64,000 bases of DNA from an uncultured Clostridia bacterium (GCA_937895935.1 CALBKX010000004.1:99-64098), one strand, 5' to 3'; positions 36,063 through 48,125 are shown, numbered from the stretch's first letter. Notes: generated by a model not told the origin, from the sequence alone. A program made the numbers and translations.

Positions 36063-37346
36063 ATGAAAAAAATAATTCCTATAACTTTACTTACTGGTTA
36101 TTTAGGAGCAGGAAAAACAACACTTTTAAACTATGTGCTTTCTAATCAACAAGGTTATAAAGTTGCTGTTATTGTGAATGATATAGGCGAGGTTAATGTT
36201 GATGCAAGTTTGATTGCAAAAGGTGGCATTGTGAATGAAAGTGGCGACAGCCTTGTGCCTCTTTCAAATGGCTGTATTTGCTGTACATTAAAAGAAGATC
36301 TAATGAAACAAATAGCATCTATAGCCGCATCAAATAAGTTTGACTATATTTTGATTGAGGCAAGCGGTATTTGTGAACCAGTGCCTATTGTTCAAACTAT
36401 TCAAGTTTTAAGCGAAGCCACAAAACGTTATAATTTACCTACAGAAGTTAGGTTGGATAATGTTGTATCTGTTGTGGATGCTTGTAGGCTAGTTGACGAG
36501 TTTGGTTCAGGTAGAAATCTGCTTAAAGAAGAAATTGAAGAAGAGGATATAGAAAATTTGATTATCCAACAAATTGAATTTTGCAATAAAATAATTATCA
36601 ACAAAGTTAGTTCAATTTCAAAAGAACAATTAGATGAAGTGAAAGCGGTTGTTAAAGCGCTTCAACCAGAAGCTGAAATTATAGAAGCAGATTTTGGTAA
36701 AGTTGATTTAGGTAAAATTTTAAATACAAATTCTTTTGATTTTGAAAAAGCATCTATGTCGGCTGCTTGGGTTAAAGAATTAAATGCCCAAAGCGAAGAA
36801 GATGATGACGATGATGATGAAAAAGAACATCATCATCACCACGATGACAAAGATGAGCATGCTGAGGACGAACACCACCACCACGATGACGAAGACGAAG
36901 AAGACGACCATGATGACGATGAAGAAGAGCATCACCACGGACATCATCACCACCATCATCACCATGGAGAAGGTGAAGTGTTGGAGTATGGAATAGATAC
37001 TTTTGTTTATACTAGAAGACAACCATTTAATAAACAAAAATTTATCAACTTTGTAAATAATTTCCCAAAAAGCGTTATTAGATGCAAAGGAGTTATGTGG
37101 CTTAGCGATGATGAAGAAAATATGCATATGTTTGAACAGGCTGGCAAGCAAAAGAGTGCCTTTAATGCTGGACCTTGGGTGGCAAGCCTTAATGAAGAAC
37201 AGCAAAAACAAATTTTGTTAGAAAATGCCGATATTCGTGCTGACTGGAGAGAGGATGTAGGTGATAGAATAATCAAACTTGTGTTCATTGGCAAAAATAT
37301 GGATAAAAAAGAAATTGTTAAAGAATTAGATGATTGTTTAGAGTAA
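36063..37346 (+). CDS. CobW/G3E-family GTPase (zinc metallochaperone-like) with long His/Asp/Glu-rich insert
   Basis: P-loop GYLGAGKTTLLN and the CxCC motif GCICCT. Contains about 60 aa of EEDDDDDDEKEHHHHHDD...HHHGHHHHHHHHGEGE. ATG 36063 is preferred because AGGAGA lies 9 nt upstream. Confidence 0.85.
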   Translation: MKKIIPITLLTGYLGAGKTTLLNYVLSNQQGYKVAVIVNDIGEVNVDASLIAKGGIVNESGDSLVPLSNGCICCTLKEDLMKQIASIAASNKFDYILIEASGICEPVPIVQTIQVLSEATKRYNLPTEVRLDNVVSVVDACRLVDEFGSGRNLLKEEIEEEDIENLIIQQIEFCNKIIINKVSSISKEQLDEVKAVVKALQPEAEIIEADFGKVDLGKILNTNSFDFEKASMSAAWVKELNAQSEEDDDDDDEKEHHHHHDDKDEHAEDEHHHHDDEDEEDDHDDDEEEHHHGHHHHHHHHGEGEVLEYGIDTFVYTRRQPFNKQKFINFVNNFPKSVIRCKGVMWLSDDEENMHMFEQAGKQKSAFNAGPWVASLNEEQQKQILLENADIRADWREDVGDRIIKLVFIGKNMDKKEIVKELDDCLE

Positions 37347-37447
37347 AATATCAAAAGTAAATTTTGAAACTAATTCAAAAATTATGCTAACGCACTATGC
37401 AAAATATTTGCATTTAAATTTTCAATGCGTAAACACTTAAAATATGC

Positions 37448-37476
37448 TTGACAAGGCTATTGACTTATGTTAAAAT
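37448..37476 (+). promoter_or_regulatory. promoter of rplM-rpsI
   Basis: TTGACA, 17 nt spacer, TAAAAT. About 100 nt of leader precede the rplM ATG. Confidence 0.6.
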
Positions 37477-37585
37477 CACATTGTCTTTGCTTTAATAAGG
37501 CATATTTTTTTGTGAAAAAGCCCCTCACTTTAAATATAAATTTGATAAGCAAACATTAGAAGAAATTATAGGAGAATCAAATAAA

Positions 37586-38029
37586 ATGAAAACATTTATG
37601 GCAAAACCAGAAAATGTGCAAAGAAAATGGTATTTAGTTGATGCAACAGATATGCCTCTTGGCCGTCTTGCTTCACAAGTTGCTGATATTTTATCAGGCA
37701 AAAACAAACCTGACTTTACACCTCACGTTGATACTGGTGATTATGTTGTAATTATAAATACAGATAAAGTTGTTTTAACAGGTAAAAAAGCTGTTCAAAA
37801 ACAATTTAGAACTCACTCTGGATATATTGGTGGTTTAAAAGAAACAAACTATGGCACTATGCTTGCTACAAAATCTGATGAAGTTGTTTTAAAAGCAGTT
37901 AAAGGTATGCTTCCAAAAACAGTTCTTGGAAGAAAACAAGCTACTCGTTGCAAAATCTATAAAGGTGCAGAGCACGAACAATCTGCTCAACAACCAGTTG
38001 TTGTAGAGTTAAAAGGAGCAAGAAAATAA
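37586..38029 (+). CDS. rplM: 50S ribosomal protein L13
   Basis: The N-terminus [19 protein letters not shown] is a typical L13 N-terminus. Confidence 0.95.
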   Translation: MKTFMAKPENVQRKWYLVDATDMPLGRLASQVADILSGKNKPDFTPHVDTGDYVVIINTDKVVLTGKKAVQKQFRTHSGYIGGLKETNYGTMLATKSDEVVLKAVKGMLPKTVLGRKQATRCKIYKGAEHEQSAQQPVVVELKGARK

Positions 38030-38442
38030 TGGCAAAAGCAGTTAAAAAAGTAGTTCCAGCAAACTTAGGAACTGGTAGACGTAAAACTTCTGTTGCTAGA
38101 GTTAGACTTATTCCTAATGGCAATGGTAAAATCGTTGTTAATAAAGAATCTTTAGAAGAATATTTTGGTTCAGATATATACCAACTTGTTGCTACTCAAA
38201 GCTTAAAATTGGTTGGTGCTGAAAACAAATTTGACGTTATGGTTAACGTTTACGGTGGCGGACTTTCAGGTCAAGCAGGTGCTATTAACCACGGCGTTGC
38301 AAGAGCATTATGCGAAGCAGATGAATCTTATAGAGCAGAACTTAAAAAAGCAGGTTTCTTAACAAGAGATTCAAGAATGAAAGAACGTAAAAAATATGGT
38401 CTTAAAAAAGCTCGTAAAGCAAGCCAATTCTCAAAAAGATAA
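38029..38442 (+). CDS. rpsI: 30S ribosomal protein S9
   Basis: [12 protein letters not shown] and the C-terminal [22 protein letters not shown]. Confidence 0.95.
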   Translation: MAKAVKKVVPANLGTGRRKTSVARVRLIPNGNGKIVVNKESLEEYFGSDIYQLVATQSLKLVGAENKFDVMVNVYGGGLSGQAGAINHGVARALCEADESYRAELKKAGFLTRDSRMKERKKYGLKKARKASQFSKR

Positions 38443-38454
38443 TATGTTTTATAC

Positions 38455-38486
38455 AAAAACGCAAAGCGTATTGCTTTGCGTTTTTT
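38455..38486 (+). terminator. intrinsic terminator
   Basis: AAAAACGCAAAGC / GCTTTGCGTTTTT. Confidence 0.8.
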
Positions 38487-38627
38487 ATCATATAAAACAC
38501 TTTTTATAAAAACTATTTGCCAAAAGACCTCTATCATTGAAGTTGTAAAAGAGTTGTTTAAAATGGTTGCAATCGTAGTGTGATTAAGATTTTCCTTTTA
38601 TAACTTTGCTTGCACGGGCTTTTTTTA

Positions 38628-38873
38628 TTATTCACTTTTTTGTATGTCATCAATATTAAATTTTAACACTTTCATTAAAACAATAAGTTCAATGTCTGTA
38701 ACAAAACGCTTTCCCGATTCAATTCGTTGAATAGCATTTTTATCAATATCTAACCCTTCTAATTGTAACAGATGAGCTAACTGATTTTGTGAAATTTTTA
38801 ATTGTAGTCGTTTTTCTGCTACAACATTTCCACATAAATTATTTTTACCAGTTTTAGTTTTGTTTATAAACAT
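38628..38873 (-). CDS. XRE-family helix-turn-helix transcriptional regulator (81 aa)
   Basis: The pattern LKISQNQLAHLLQLEGLDIDKNAIQRIESGKR is a typical HTH_3 pattern. Confidence 0.8.
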   Translation of the reverse strand: MFINKTKTGKNNLCGNVVAEKRLQLKISQNQLAHLLQLEGLDIDKNAIQRIESGKRFVTDIELIVLMKVLKFNIDDIQKSE

Positions 38874-38922
38874 ATATTTTTTTAATCCTTATAATTAATT
38901 ATATTTATATAAGTAAATACGG

Positions 38923-38951
38923 TTGACATTCACTGAATGTCACGATACAAT
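38923..38951 (+). promoter_or_regulatory. consensus promoter containing a perfect palindromic operator
   Basis: TTGACA (38923..38928), 17 nt spacer, TACAAT (38946..38951). TGACATTCA c TGAATGTCA (38924..38942) is a perfect 9-1-9 inverted repeat overlapping the -35 box and the spacer. It lies divergent to the XRE gene. Confidence 0.6.
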
Positions 38952-39412
38952 ATTTTTTATGGTCTATTTATTAAAATCTAAACATAAATTTAAACGGGGC
39001 ATTGTTGTAAGCAAAAAATTTGTAATAATTGAATATGATGTATTACTTAACATTTGTTCAAATGGTATTAAAAAACTTAGCAAAAATACAGGTTCCTATA
39101 ATTTTAAATAAGTAACTGGTAGAGAAACTCTTCAATTAAAGCTGAATCTTTTTGTTTTTTGAAGTGATTATAGTTTGCAGTAATTATTTTTTTTAAAGAG
39201 TTATACGGTTTACAAGTTTAAATGTTAATTTTAATAAATGTAATGTTCACTTATTACTAAAATATTGCTTTGCAAGGCTCACATTTTTTTGTAAATATAT
39301 AACATAAATTAAATTAAGGAGTGAGGGTCAACTTATGTTTGCACAAGAATCCACTCAAAATCACCAAGCAATTATATAACCATAGATATTTGATGTTATG
39401 GTGTTGTTTTTC

Positions 39413-39441
39413 TTGCATATTTAACATATATATGTTAAAAT
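39413..39441 (+). promoter_or_regulatory. promoter of the SPFH gene
   Basis: TTGCAT, 17 nt spacer ending in TGt, then TAAAAT. TAAGGAG RBS and ATG at 39468. Confidence 0.55.
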
Positions 39442-39467
39442 AATGCCATATATATAAGGAGAAATTT

Positions 39468-40529
39468 ATGGGATTATTTAGTAAATTTAAAAGACAACTT
39501 TTAAAAGTTGTAGAGTGGGAAGATAGTTCTAAGGATACTATTGTTTATCGATATCCTCTTACAGATAGAGATGAACTTATGACAAGTTCTACACTTGTTG
39601 TTAGAGAATCTCAATGTGCAATTTTTATGCATAAGGGTCAAATTGCAGATGTTTTTGGACCTGGTACATATAAACTAGCAACTGAAAATATTCCTTTTTT
39701 GACAAAATTCTTATCGCTTCCTGCAGGGTTTGAAAGCAGAATTAAAGCTGAGATTTATTATGTTAATACTAAGCAATTTATCGGTCAAAAATGGGGCACG
39801 CAAAATCCTATTATGATGCGCGATGAAGAGTTTGGTAATGTTAGAATACGTGGCTTTGGTGTTTACTCATTTAGAGTGATTGACCCAAAAATTTTTATGC
39901 GTGAAATTTTTGGTACTAATGCTGTTTATACAACAAGTGATGTTTGTGAACAAATTAAACCTATGCTTATTCAAGGCATAACTGATGCAATTGCAGAAGC
40001 AAAAATATCTGCTTTAGATTTAGCTGCTAACTATAAAGAATTTTCAAAAACAGTTATGGAAACTTGTAAAAGTGAAATGGCTGAATATGGTTTAGATTTA
40101 ACAAAATTTATAATTGAAAACATTTCTCTTCCAGAGGAAGTTGAACAAACTCTTGATGAACGTACTAAACTTGGTGTTCTTGAAGATAAAATGGGCACTT
40201 ACACTCAAAAGAAAGCAGCAGATGCTCTTGGGGATGCAGCAAAAAATCCAAATGGAAACAATTTGGCAGGTCTTGGGGTTGGACTTGGTGCAGGTGTTAC
40301 AATGAGCAACGTGTTTGCTGGAAATTTGGCAACTGAAAATAAACCTAGAGAGAAAAAACAAAAAACTGTTGTTTGTTCTAAATGTGGAGCAGAAAATAAA
40401 GCTGGTGCTAAATTCTGCTCAGAATGCGGGCAAAAAATAGAAAATGTAAAAAAATTCTGTCCAGAATGTGGTGCTATGGTTTCTGACAAAGCTAAATTTT
40501 GCCCAGAATGTGGACAAAAATTAAACTAA
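39468..40529 (+). CDS. SPFH/band-7 domain protein with C-terminal zinc ribbons (COG4260, YdjI-like)
   Basis: The N-terminus GLFSKFKRQLLKVVEWEDSSKDTIVYRYP is typical of YdjI-type proteins. The C-terminus has CSKCG..CSECG..CPECG..CPECG. Confidence 0.8.
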   Translation: MGLFSKFKRQLLKVVEWEDSSKDTIVYRYPLTDRDELMTSSTLVVRESQCAIFMHKGQIADVFGPGTYKLATENIPFLTKFLSLPAGFESRIKAEIYYVNTKQFIGQKWGTQNPIMMRDEEFGNVRIRGFGVYSFRVIDPKIFMREIFGTNAVYTTSDVCEQIKPMLIQGITDAIAEAKISALDLAANYKEFSKTVMETCKSEMAEYGLDLTKFIIENISLPEEVEQTLDERTKLGVLEDKMGTYTQKKAADALGDAAKNPNGNNLAGLGVGLGAGVTMSNVFAGNLATENKPREKKQKTVVCSKCGAENKAGAKFCSECGQKIENVKKFCPECGAMVSDKAKFCPECGQKLN

Positions 40530-40684
40530 CATTTAAAGAAAATGGGCAGAGCAATTAAATGCTTTGCCTAAATTCTTATTAGGTAGATATACCTTAAAAC
40601 GAGCATATTTGCAAAATAGTTACAGCAACTTTTTTGCTTGTAACAATTTTGTTTGATGAAAACAAAAATTTTTAAAAGGTCATT

Positions 40685-41779
40685 ATGAAAGAAAAAGAAT
40701 TAAAAGCAAATGATTGTTCGTGTCCAAGTTGTGGCGCAGCAATGAGATATAGCCCTGAAAAGAAAAAACTTTACTGTGAGAACTGTCAAACATGCAAAGA
40801 TATTGAATTTAATGCTCTACAAGGAAAACATTCTTGGGAAGAAAAAGATGAACTGAAAAAGCAAAAAGAGTTTGCTCTTGAAACAAAAACCTTAAAATGT
40901 CCAAATTGCGGGGCAAGTGTTGTTTTAAATAAATTGGAATATAGTAAAGGATGTCCTTACTGCGGAAGTAATTTGGTTAGCAAAAATGCTGAAAATGATA
41001 ATTTGACTCCTGATGGAATTTTACCTTTTACTTTTAGTGATGAGGTCGCAAGCCAAAAATATCGTCAAGGCATCAAGAAAAAATGGTTTGTTCCAAATGC
41101 TTTTAAAAAAGCTCCGCCTACTGATAATATTAGAGGTATCTATATACCTTCTTTTGGATATGATGCAGACACCTTTTCTACATATAGAGGCAAACTTGCT
41201 ACTGAACATACTGGTAGAGATTCAAATGGTCATACTTATCATTATACAACCTATCAAAATATTTCAGGGAATCATAATAGTAATCAAGTTGATGTTTTAG
41301 TTGAAACAAGTACAAAAATTGGACAAGAAGAATTTGAAAAAATTGAACCATTTTATATGGACAAAGCTATTGAATTTAAGCAGGGGTTCATTATGGGGTA
41401 TACAGTAGAAGTATTTGAAAATTCTTTGGAAGAATGTAAAAAGATTGCTGATTCAATAATGGAATCAAATGTTAAAGATGAGATTTTATCAAAATATTCA
41501 TACGATAGTGTTGTCTATTTTAATTTGGATATGACACAAACTAATAAAAAATATATGTACTATTTGTTACCAGTTTACAAGTGTGAATATAAATATAAAA
41601 ATAAAAGCTACACGACATTTATGAATGGACAAACTGGTAAGGTTGGGGGAGGATATCCAAAAAGTCCTGTTAAAATTACTTTTTTTGTTTTATTTTGGAT
41701 TTTAGTTCTTCTTGGAATAATATATCTTTACTTCCGTTTTGGCGGTGATGATGATTTAATGTTTAAAATTTTTAATTAA
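40685..41779 (+). CDS. zinc-ribbon protein with C-terminal TM helix (YdjG-like)
   Basis: CPSCG..CENC and CPNCG..CPYCG ribbons. C-terminal ITFFVLFWILVLLGIIYLYF. Sits downstream of the SPFH gene. Confidence 0.65.
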   Translation: MKEKELKANDCSCPSCGAAMRYSPEKKKLYCENCQTCKDIEFNALQGKHSWEEKDELKKQKEFALETKTLKCPNCGASVVLNKLEYSKGCPYCGSNLVSKNAENDNLTPDGILPFTFSDEVASQKYRQGIKKKWFVPNAFKKAPPTDNIRGIYIPSFGYDADTFSTYRGKLATEHTGRDSNGHTYHYTTYQNISGNHNSNQVDVLVETSTKIGQEEFEKIEPFYMDKAIEFKQGFIMGYTVEVFENSLEECKKIADSIMESNVKDEILSKYSYDSVVYFNLDMTQTNKKYMYYLLPVYKCEYKYKNKSYTTFMNGQTGKVGGGYPKSPVKITFFVLFWILVLLGIIYLYFRFGGDDDLMFKIFN

Positions 41780-41811
41780 ATAAACTAATTATAAATTTAT
41801 TTAATAATAAG

Positions 41812-41858
41812 GCAAATAATTAGAGTTTTTAAGAGCTAATTATTTGCTTTATTTTTTT
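41812..41858 (+). terminator. intrinsic terminator
   Basis: GCAAATAATTAG / CTAATTATTTGC stem with a T-rich tail. Confidence 0.65.
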
Positions 41859-42088
41859 GTTCTTTAAGATTGTTATAATGTAAATTAATTTTAATATTTT
41901 TTAAAAAAAATCTTTTTGTTTAATATATATATAGATATATATATTAATTTTGAAAAAAGACTTTTAATTTTATCTTAAAAGTGGTATAATTTAACTGGTT
42001 TAATTAAATAAAATTATTTTTACAAAAAATTATTCAATTTTTATTTGTTTTTAAGTAATTTTTAATTAAAAACTAAATTTTTAAATAG

Positions 42089-44023
<1,935 letters not shown>

Positions 44024-44039
44024 TTAAGGGGAATCAAAA

Positions 44040-46571
44040 ATGAGTGAAGATAAAAAAGATTTAAGAGAACTTTTACAAAACAGTAAAGTTCAAAAAGTAG
44101 AAGTTAAGGGTGAGCTAGAAAAGTCATTCATATCTTATGCAATGGCTGTTAATGTTTCACGCGCTATTCCAGATGTTAGAGATGGTTTAAAACCTGTTCA
44201 TAGGCGTATTCTTTACGATATGGCAGAACAAAACTTATTTTATACTCACAAGTATGTAAAATCAGCAACCATTGTCGGTGATGTTTTAGGACATTATCAT
44301 CCACATGGTGACTCTTCTGTTTATGATGCTTTAGTTAGACTTGCACAGGATTTTAGTATTAATGCACCATTGGTCGATGGTCACGGAAACTTTGGCTCAA
44401 TTGACGGTGATGGGGCAGCGGCTTATCGTTACACTGAAGCAAGGCTTACAAAAATAGCAGGTCTTTTGCTTGAGGATATTGAAAAAAATACAGTTGATAT
44501 GTATCCAAACTATGATGATACTCGTATGCAACCAAGAGTACTTCCAGCCAAATTTCCAAATTTACTTGTTAATGGTGCTGATGGTATTGCTGTTGGTATG
44601 GCAACAAACATTCCTCCTCACAATTTAAATGAAGTTTGCTCTGGTGTTCAAGCAATGCTTAATAATCCAGAAATAACTGATGATGAGTTGATTGACATAA
44701 TAAAAGCACCTGATTTCCCAACGGGTGGCATAATTATGGGTAGAAAAGGCATAATTGATGCTTATAAAACAGGTCGTGGGAATATTGTCGTTCGAGGAAA
44801 AGCAGATATTGAAGAAACAGCTTCTGGCAAACAAAGAATTGTAATTACAGAAATACCTTATCAAGTAAACAAAGCAAAACTTATTATCCAAATGGCTGAT
44901 TTAGTTAAAAATAAGAGAATTGAAGGTATTTCAGATATTAAAGAGGAATCTGACAGAGATGGCATAAGGGTTGTTGTGGATATCAAAAAAGACCATAATG
45001 CTAATGTCGTTTTGAATTTGCTTTATAAATATACAATGCTTCAATCAAGTGGCGGTATAATTATGCTCGCTTTGGTTGATGGTAGACCAAAAATTTGTAC
45101 TTTAAAAGAAATTATTTCTTGCTATATTGCTCATCAAAAAGATGTTGTAACTAGAAAAACAAAATTTGATTTGGGCAAAGCAGAGGATAGGCTCCATATT
45201 GTTGCTGGACTTGTTACAGCGGTTACTAATATTGACGCAGTTGTTAAAACAATAAAAGAATCTAAAGATAGACAAGACGCTCTTGTACAACTTGTTGCAA
45301 ACTTTGATTTGGATGAAATCCAAGCAAACGCTATACTTGATATGCGTTTATCTAAACTTACTGGCTTAGAAGTTGGAAATCTTAAAAATGAAATGGCAGA
45401 ACTTGAAAAAACAATTGCTGATTTAAAAGATATTTTGCAAAGACCTGAAAGAGTTATAAAAATTATTGATGAACAAATGGAAGATGTTAAATCACGTTTT
45501 GGAGTTCCAAGAAAAACAGAAATTAGTTTAGGTTTAGGTGATATAAATATTGCTGACCTTATAAAACGTGAAGATGTTGTTATTTCTATGACAAAATGCG
45601 GTTATATTAAACGTATGTCATTAACAGAATACAAAGCACAACATAGAGGCGGTGTTGGTGTTACTGGACATAAAGCAAAGGAAGAAGATGTTGTGGATCA
45701 ATTGTTTATCACTTGTTCACATAATGATGTGTTATTCTTTACAAATAGTGGAAAGGTTCACACAATGAAAGCTTACGATGTGCCCGAGGCTATGAAACAA
45801 GCAAAAGGTCGAGCAATTGTAAATTTACTTCCACTTGCTCAAGGTGAAAAAGTAACAACAATCTTGCCGTTGGAAGAAGATACGACTGGCAATCTTGTTA
45901 TGGCCACTAAAAAGGGTCTTATCAAAAAAACAAAATTATTGGAATTTGCTTCTATTAGAAAAAATGGTAAAATTGCAATCACATTAGATGAAGGAGATGA
46001 GTTATTTTCAGCAAAAACGTCTGATGGTGATGATGAAATTTTTGTTGCTTCAAGTTCAGGTAAATGTTCAAGATTTAAAGAAAGTGCACTTAGAAACACA
46101 GGTAGAACATCAATGGGTGTTAAATCAATGGATTTGGATGAAGGCGAAGAAGTTATTTCTCTTGAAATAATAAATAAGGAATGTCAACTTCTTGCTTTAA
46201 CCGATAAGGGCTATGGTAAACGTACAAATTCAAACGAATTTAGATTAACTTCTCGTGGAACAAAAGGTGTTAAAGCTGGCGTGTTTAATGAAAAAACAGG
46301 TAATTTGGTTGCTCTTTTAGAAGTAAATGAAAACCAAGATTTGCTTGTTATGGCTGACAATGGTGTTGTTATAAGAACTCCTGTTAGAGATATTCCATTA
46401 ATTTCTCGTAGTACGCAAGGTGTGAGAATTATGAAATTGAAGGAAGGTTGCAAAATAGTTTCAGTGGCTGTAGGAGAACACGAAGATGAAGAAGATAATG
46501 CTCCGATTATAGCTGAAAACTTAGTTGCTGAACAAATTGTAAATTCTAATAATGAAAATAAAGAAGATTAA
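44040..46571 (+). CDS. gyrA: DNA gyrase subunit A
   Basis: DGLKPVHRRILY and the active-site AAAYRYTEARL. The C-terminal region has beta-pinwheel repeats. Confidence 0.95.
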   Translation: MSEDKKDLRELLQNSKVQKVEVKGELEKSFISYAMAVNVSRAIPDVRDGLKPVHRRILYDMAEQNLFYTHKYVKSATIVGDVLGHYHPHGDSSVYDALVRLAQDFSINAPLVDGHGNFGSIDGDGAAAYRYTEARLTKIAGLLLEDIEKNTVDMYPNYDDTRMQPRVLPAKFPNLLVNGADGIAVGMATNIPPHNLNEVCSGVQAMLNNPEITDDELIDIIKAPDFPTGGIIMGRKGIIDAYKTGRGNIVVRGKADIEETASGKQRIVITEIPYQVNKAKLIIQMADLVKNKRIEGISDIKEESDRDGIRVVVDIKKDHNANVVLNLLYKYTMLQSSGGIIMLALVDGRPKICTLKEIISCYIAHQKDVVTRKTKFDLGKAEDRLHIVAGLVTAVTNIDAVVKTIKESKDRQDALVQLVANFDLDEIQANAILDMRLSKLTGLEVGNLKNEMAELEKTIADLKDILQRPERVIKIIDEQMEDVKSRFGVPRKTEISLGLGDINIADLIKREDVVISMTKCGYIKRMSLTEYKAQHRGGVGVTGHKAKEEDVVDQLFITCSHNDVLFFTNSGKVHTMKAYDVPEAMKQAKGRAIVNLLPLAQGEKVTTILPLEEDTTGNLVMATKKGLIKKTKLLEFASIRKNGKIAITLDEGDELFSAKTSDGDDEIFVASSSGKCSRFKESALRNTGRTSMGVKSMDLDEGEEVISLEIINKECQLLALTDKGYGKRTNSNEFRLTSRGTKGVKAGVFNEKTGNLVALLEVNENQDLLVMADNGVVIRTPVRDIPLISRSTQGVRIMKLKEGCKIVSVAVGEHEDEEDNAPIIAENLVAEQIVNSNNENKED

Positions 46572-46603
46572 TTAATAATTAATTAAAAATCTTTTAATAT
46601 TAA

Positions 46604-46650
46604 AAAATAGTCAAAATTTACAAAAAACTTCTAAATTTGACTATTTTTTT
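46604..46650 (+). terminator. intrinsic terminator
   Basis: AATAGTCAAAATTTA / TAAATTTGACTATT stem followed by T7. Confidence 0.75.
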
Positions 46651-46791
46651 AATGTTTTTTGCTTGAAAATTACATTATTCATTGTATAATTAAATTAATT
46701 ATAATTAACTAGAATGGTGAATATCACATCAAATGACAAAAAATTGTTCTAATTTGTGGTATTTATTAATTAACTTTAAAAAGGAAAAATT

Positions 46792-48123
46792 ATGGATAAT
46801 GTTCTATCAACAATTTTACAAAAAAATTTAATTGAAAAAGGCGATATTGTTGCTGTTGCTTGTAGCGGTGGCTCTGATAGTATGGCACTTTTACATAAAC
46901 TAAATAGCATAAAAAATGATTTAGGCTTTGAGGTGATTGCTGTTACAATTGACCACTCAATCAGACAAAATGGAAGCCTTGACGTAAAATTTGTAGAGGA
47001 TTATTGTAAAAAAAATAATATTAGATGTTATACGTTTAAAATTGATGTGCCACGTCTTGCTAAACAAAAACAACTATCTTTAGAGAGTGCAGGCAGACAG
47101 GCTCGTTATGGCGTATTTGATGCTATTATTTCTAAAAAAGTAGCCACAAAAATAGCTCTTGCTCATCATACTCAAGACCAAGCGGAAACTATTCTTTTGC
47201 ACTTGTTTAGAGGTGCAGGACTCAGTGGTGTGAGAGGAATGGATTATAAAAAAGATGAATATTATATTAGACCTCTTTTAAACACTTCAAAAAATGCAAT
47301 TTTGGAATATTTGACCAATAACGATATTCCATATGTTACAGATGAAACTAATGCTGAAAGCGAGTATACTAGAAATTATTTGCGCAACGAGATTTTTCCA
47401 TTATTAATAAAAAAATGGCCTAATATTACTACTCAATTAATAAATTTTAGTAAATCAGTTATTGAAGATGATGATTATATCAACAAAAATTTAAATGATG
47501 GAGCAGTTATAATTGATGATAAAGTTGCAAAAATTCCACTTTCTTATTTTTTGTTTGATAATGCATTAATTAACAGAATCATTTTTAGAGCGCTTAATGG
47601 AATTGGAATTAATGTTGATATTGAACGCAAACATATTGATGCAATTAAAGAACTTGCAAAAAAAGAAAATGGCAAAAAGATTAATTTACCTCTTGGAGTT
47701 ACAGCATATAAAGAGTATGATTATTTAACTCTAAATTGTAAAAATTCAATAAAAAAAGACTTTGTTGTTGATTTTAAATGTGGTTCATTTCTTGTACCTG
47801 ACTTTGGAAAAATTACAATAAAACGAGTTAACGATTATTCTCCAAAACCTAATGTTCTTTATTTGGATGCAAAAAAACTTCCAAAAGGTGCTATTTGGCG
47901 ATATAGAAGCGAAGGTGATTTTATTGAAAAATTTGGTGGCGGAACTAAAAAACTAAAAAGTTATTTGATTGATAAAAAAATACCTAAACGTGAAAGGGAC
48001 TTAATTCCTGTTCTCGCGTTTGGTAAAGAGATTTATGCTATTGCTGGGGTTGATATTTCTAATAAAGTTAAGGTTGACGACTTTGCAAAATCTGCGATAA
48101 AAATTGAAATAGATAAAAAATAA
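46792..48123 (+). CDS. tilS: tRNA(Ile)-lysidine synthase
   Basis: The PP-loop motif VAVACSGGSDSMAL, with a length of 443 aa. Confidence 0.9.
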   Translation: MDNVLSTILQKNLIEKGDIVAVACSGGSDSMALLHKLNSIKNDLGFEVIAVTIDHSIRQNGSLDVKFVEDYCKKNNIRCYTFKIDVPRLAKQKQLSLESAGRQARYGVFDAIISKKVATKIALAHHTQDQAETILLHLFRGAGLSGVRGMDYKKDEYYIRPLLNTSKNAILEYLTNNDIPYVTDETNAESEYTRNYLRNEIFPLLIKKWPNITTQLINFSKSVIEDDDYINKNLNDGAVIIDDKVAKIPLSYFLFDNALINRIIFRALNGIGINVDIERKHIDAIKELAKKENGKKINLPLGVTAYKEYDYLTLNCKNSIKKDFVVDFKCGSFLVPDFGKITIKRVNDYSPKPNVLYLDAKKLPKGAIWRYRSEGDFIEKFGGGTKKLKSYLIDKKIPKRERDLIPVLAFGKEIYAIAGVDISNKVKVDDFAKSAIKIEIDKK

Positions 48124-48125
48124 TT

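Noticed and set aside
36780-37354. Overlapping ORFs 36780..37211(-), 36784..36996(+) and 37007..37354(-).
   Set aside because: They are shadow frames produced by the GAT/GAA/CAT/CAC-rich His/Asp/Glu tract and the remainder of the CobW gene. The products have no RBS and are low-complexity.
37477-37585. A ribosomal-protein L13 leader RNA upstream of rplM.
   Set aside because: A leader of about 100 nt with small stems (for example GTGA..TCAC) exists. I cannot recall the L13-leader consensus well enough to claim a match, so this needs Rfam cmscan.
39335-39379. A 14-codon mini-ORF (MFAQESTQNHQAII) with a strong AAGGAG site, considered as a possible leader peptide for the SPFH gene.
   Set aside because: It lies upstream of the best SPFH promoter (39413..39441), so it is probably not in that mRNA. 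It is too short to evaluate without conservation data.
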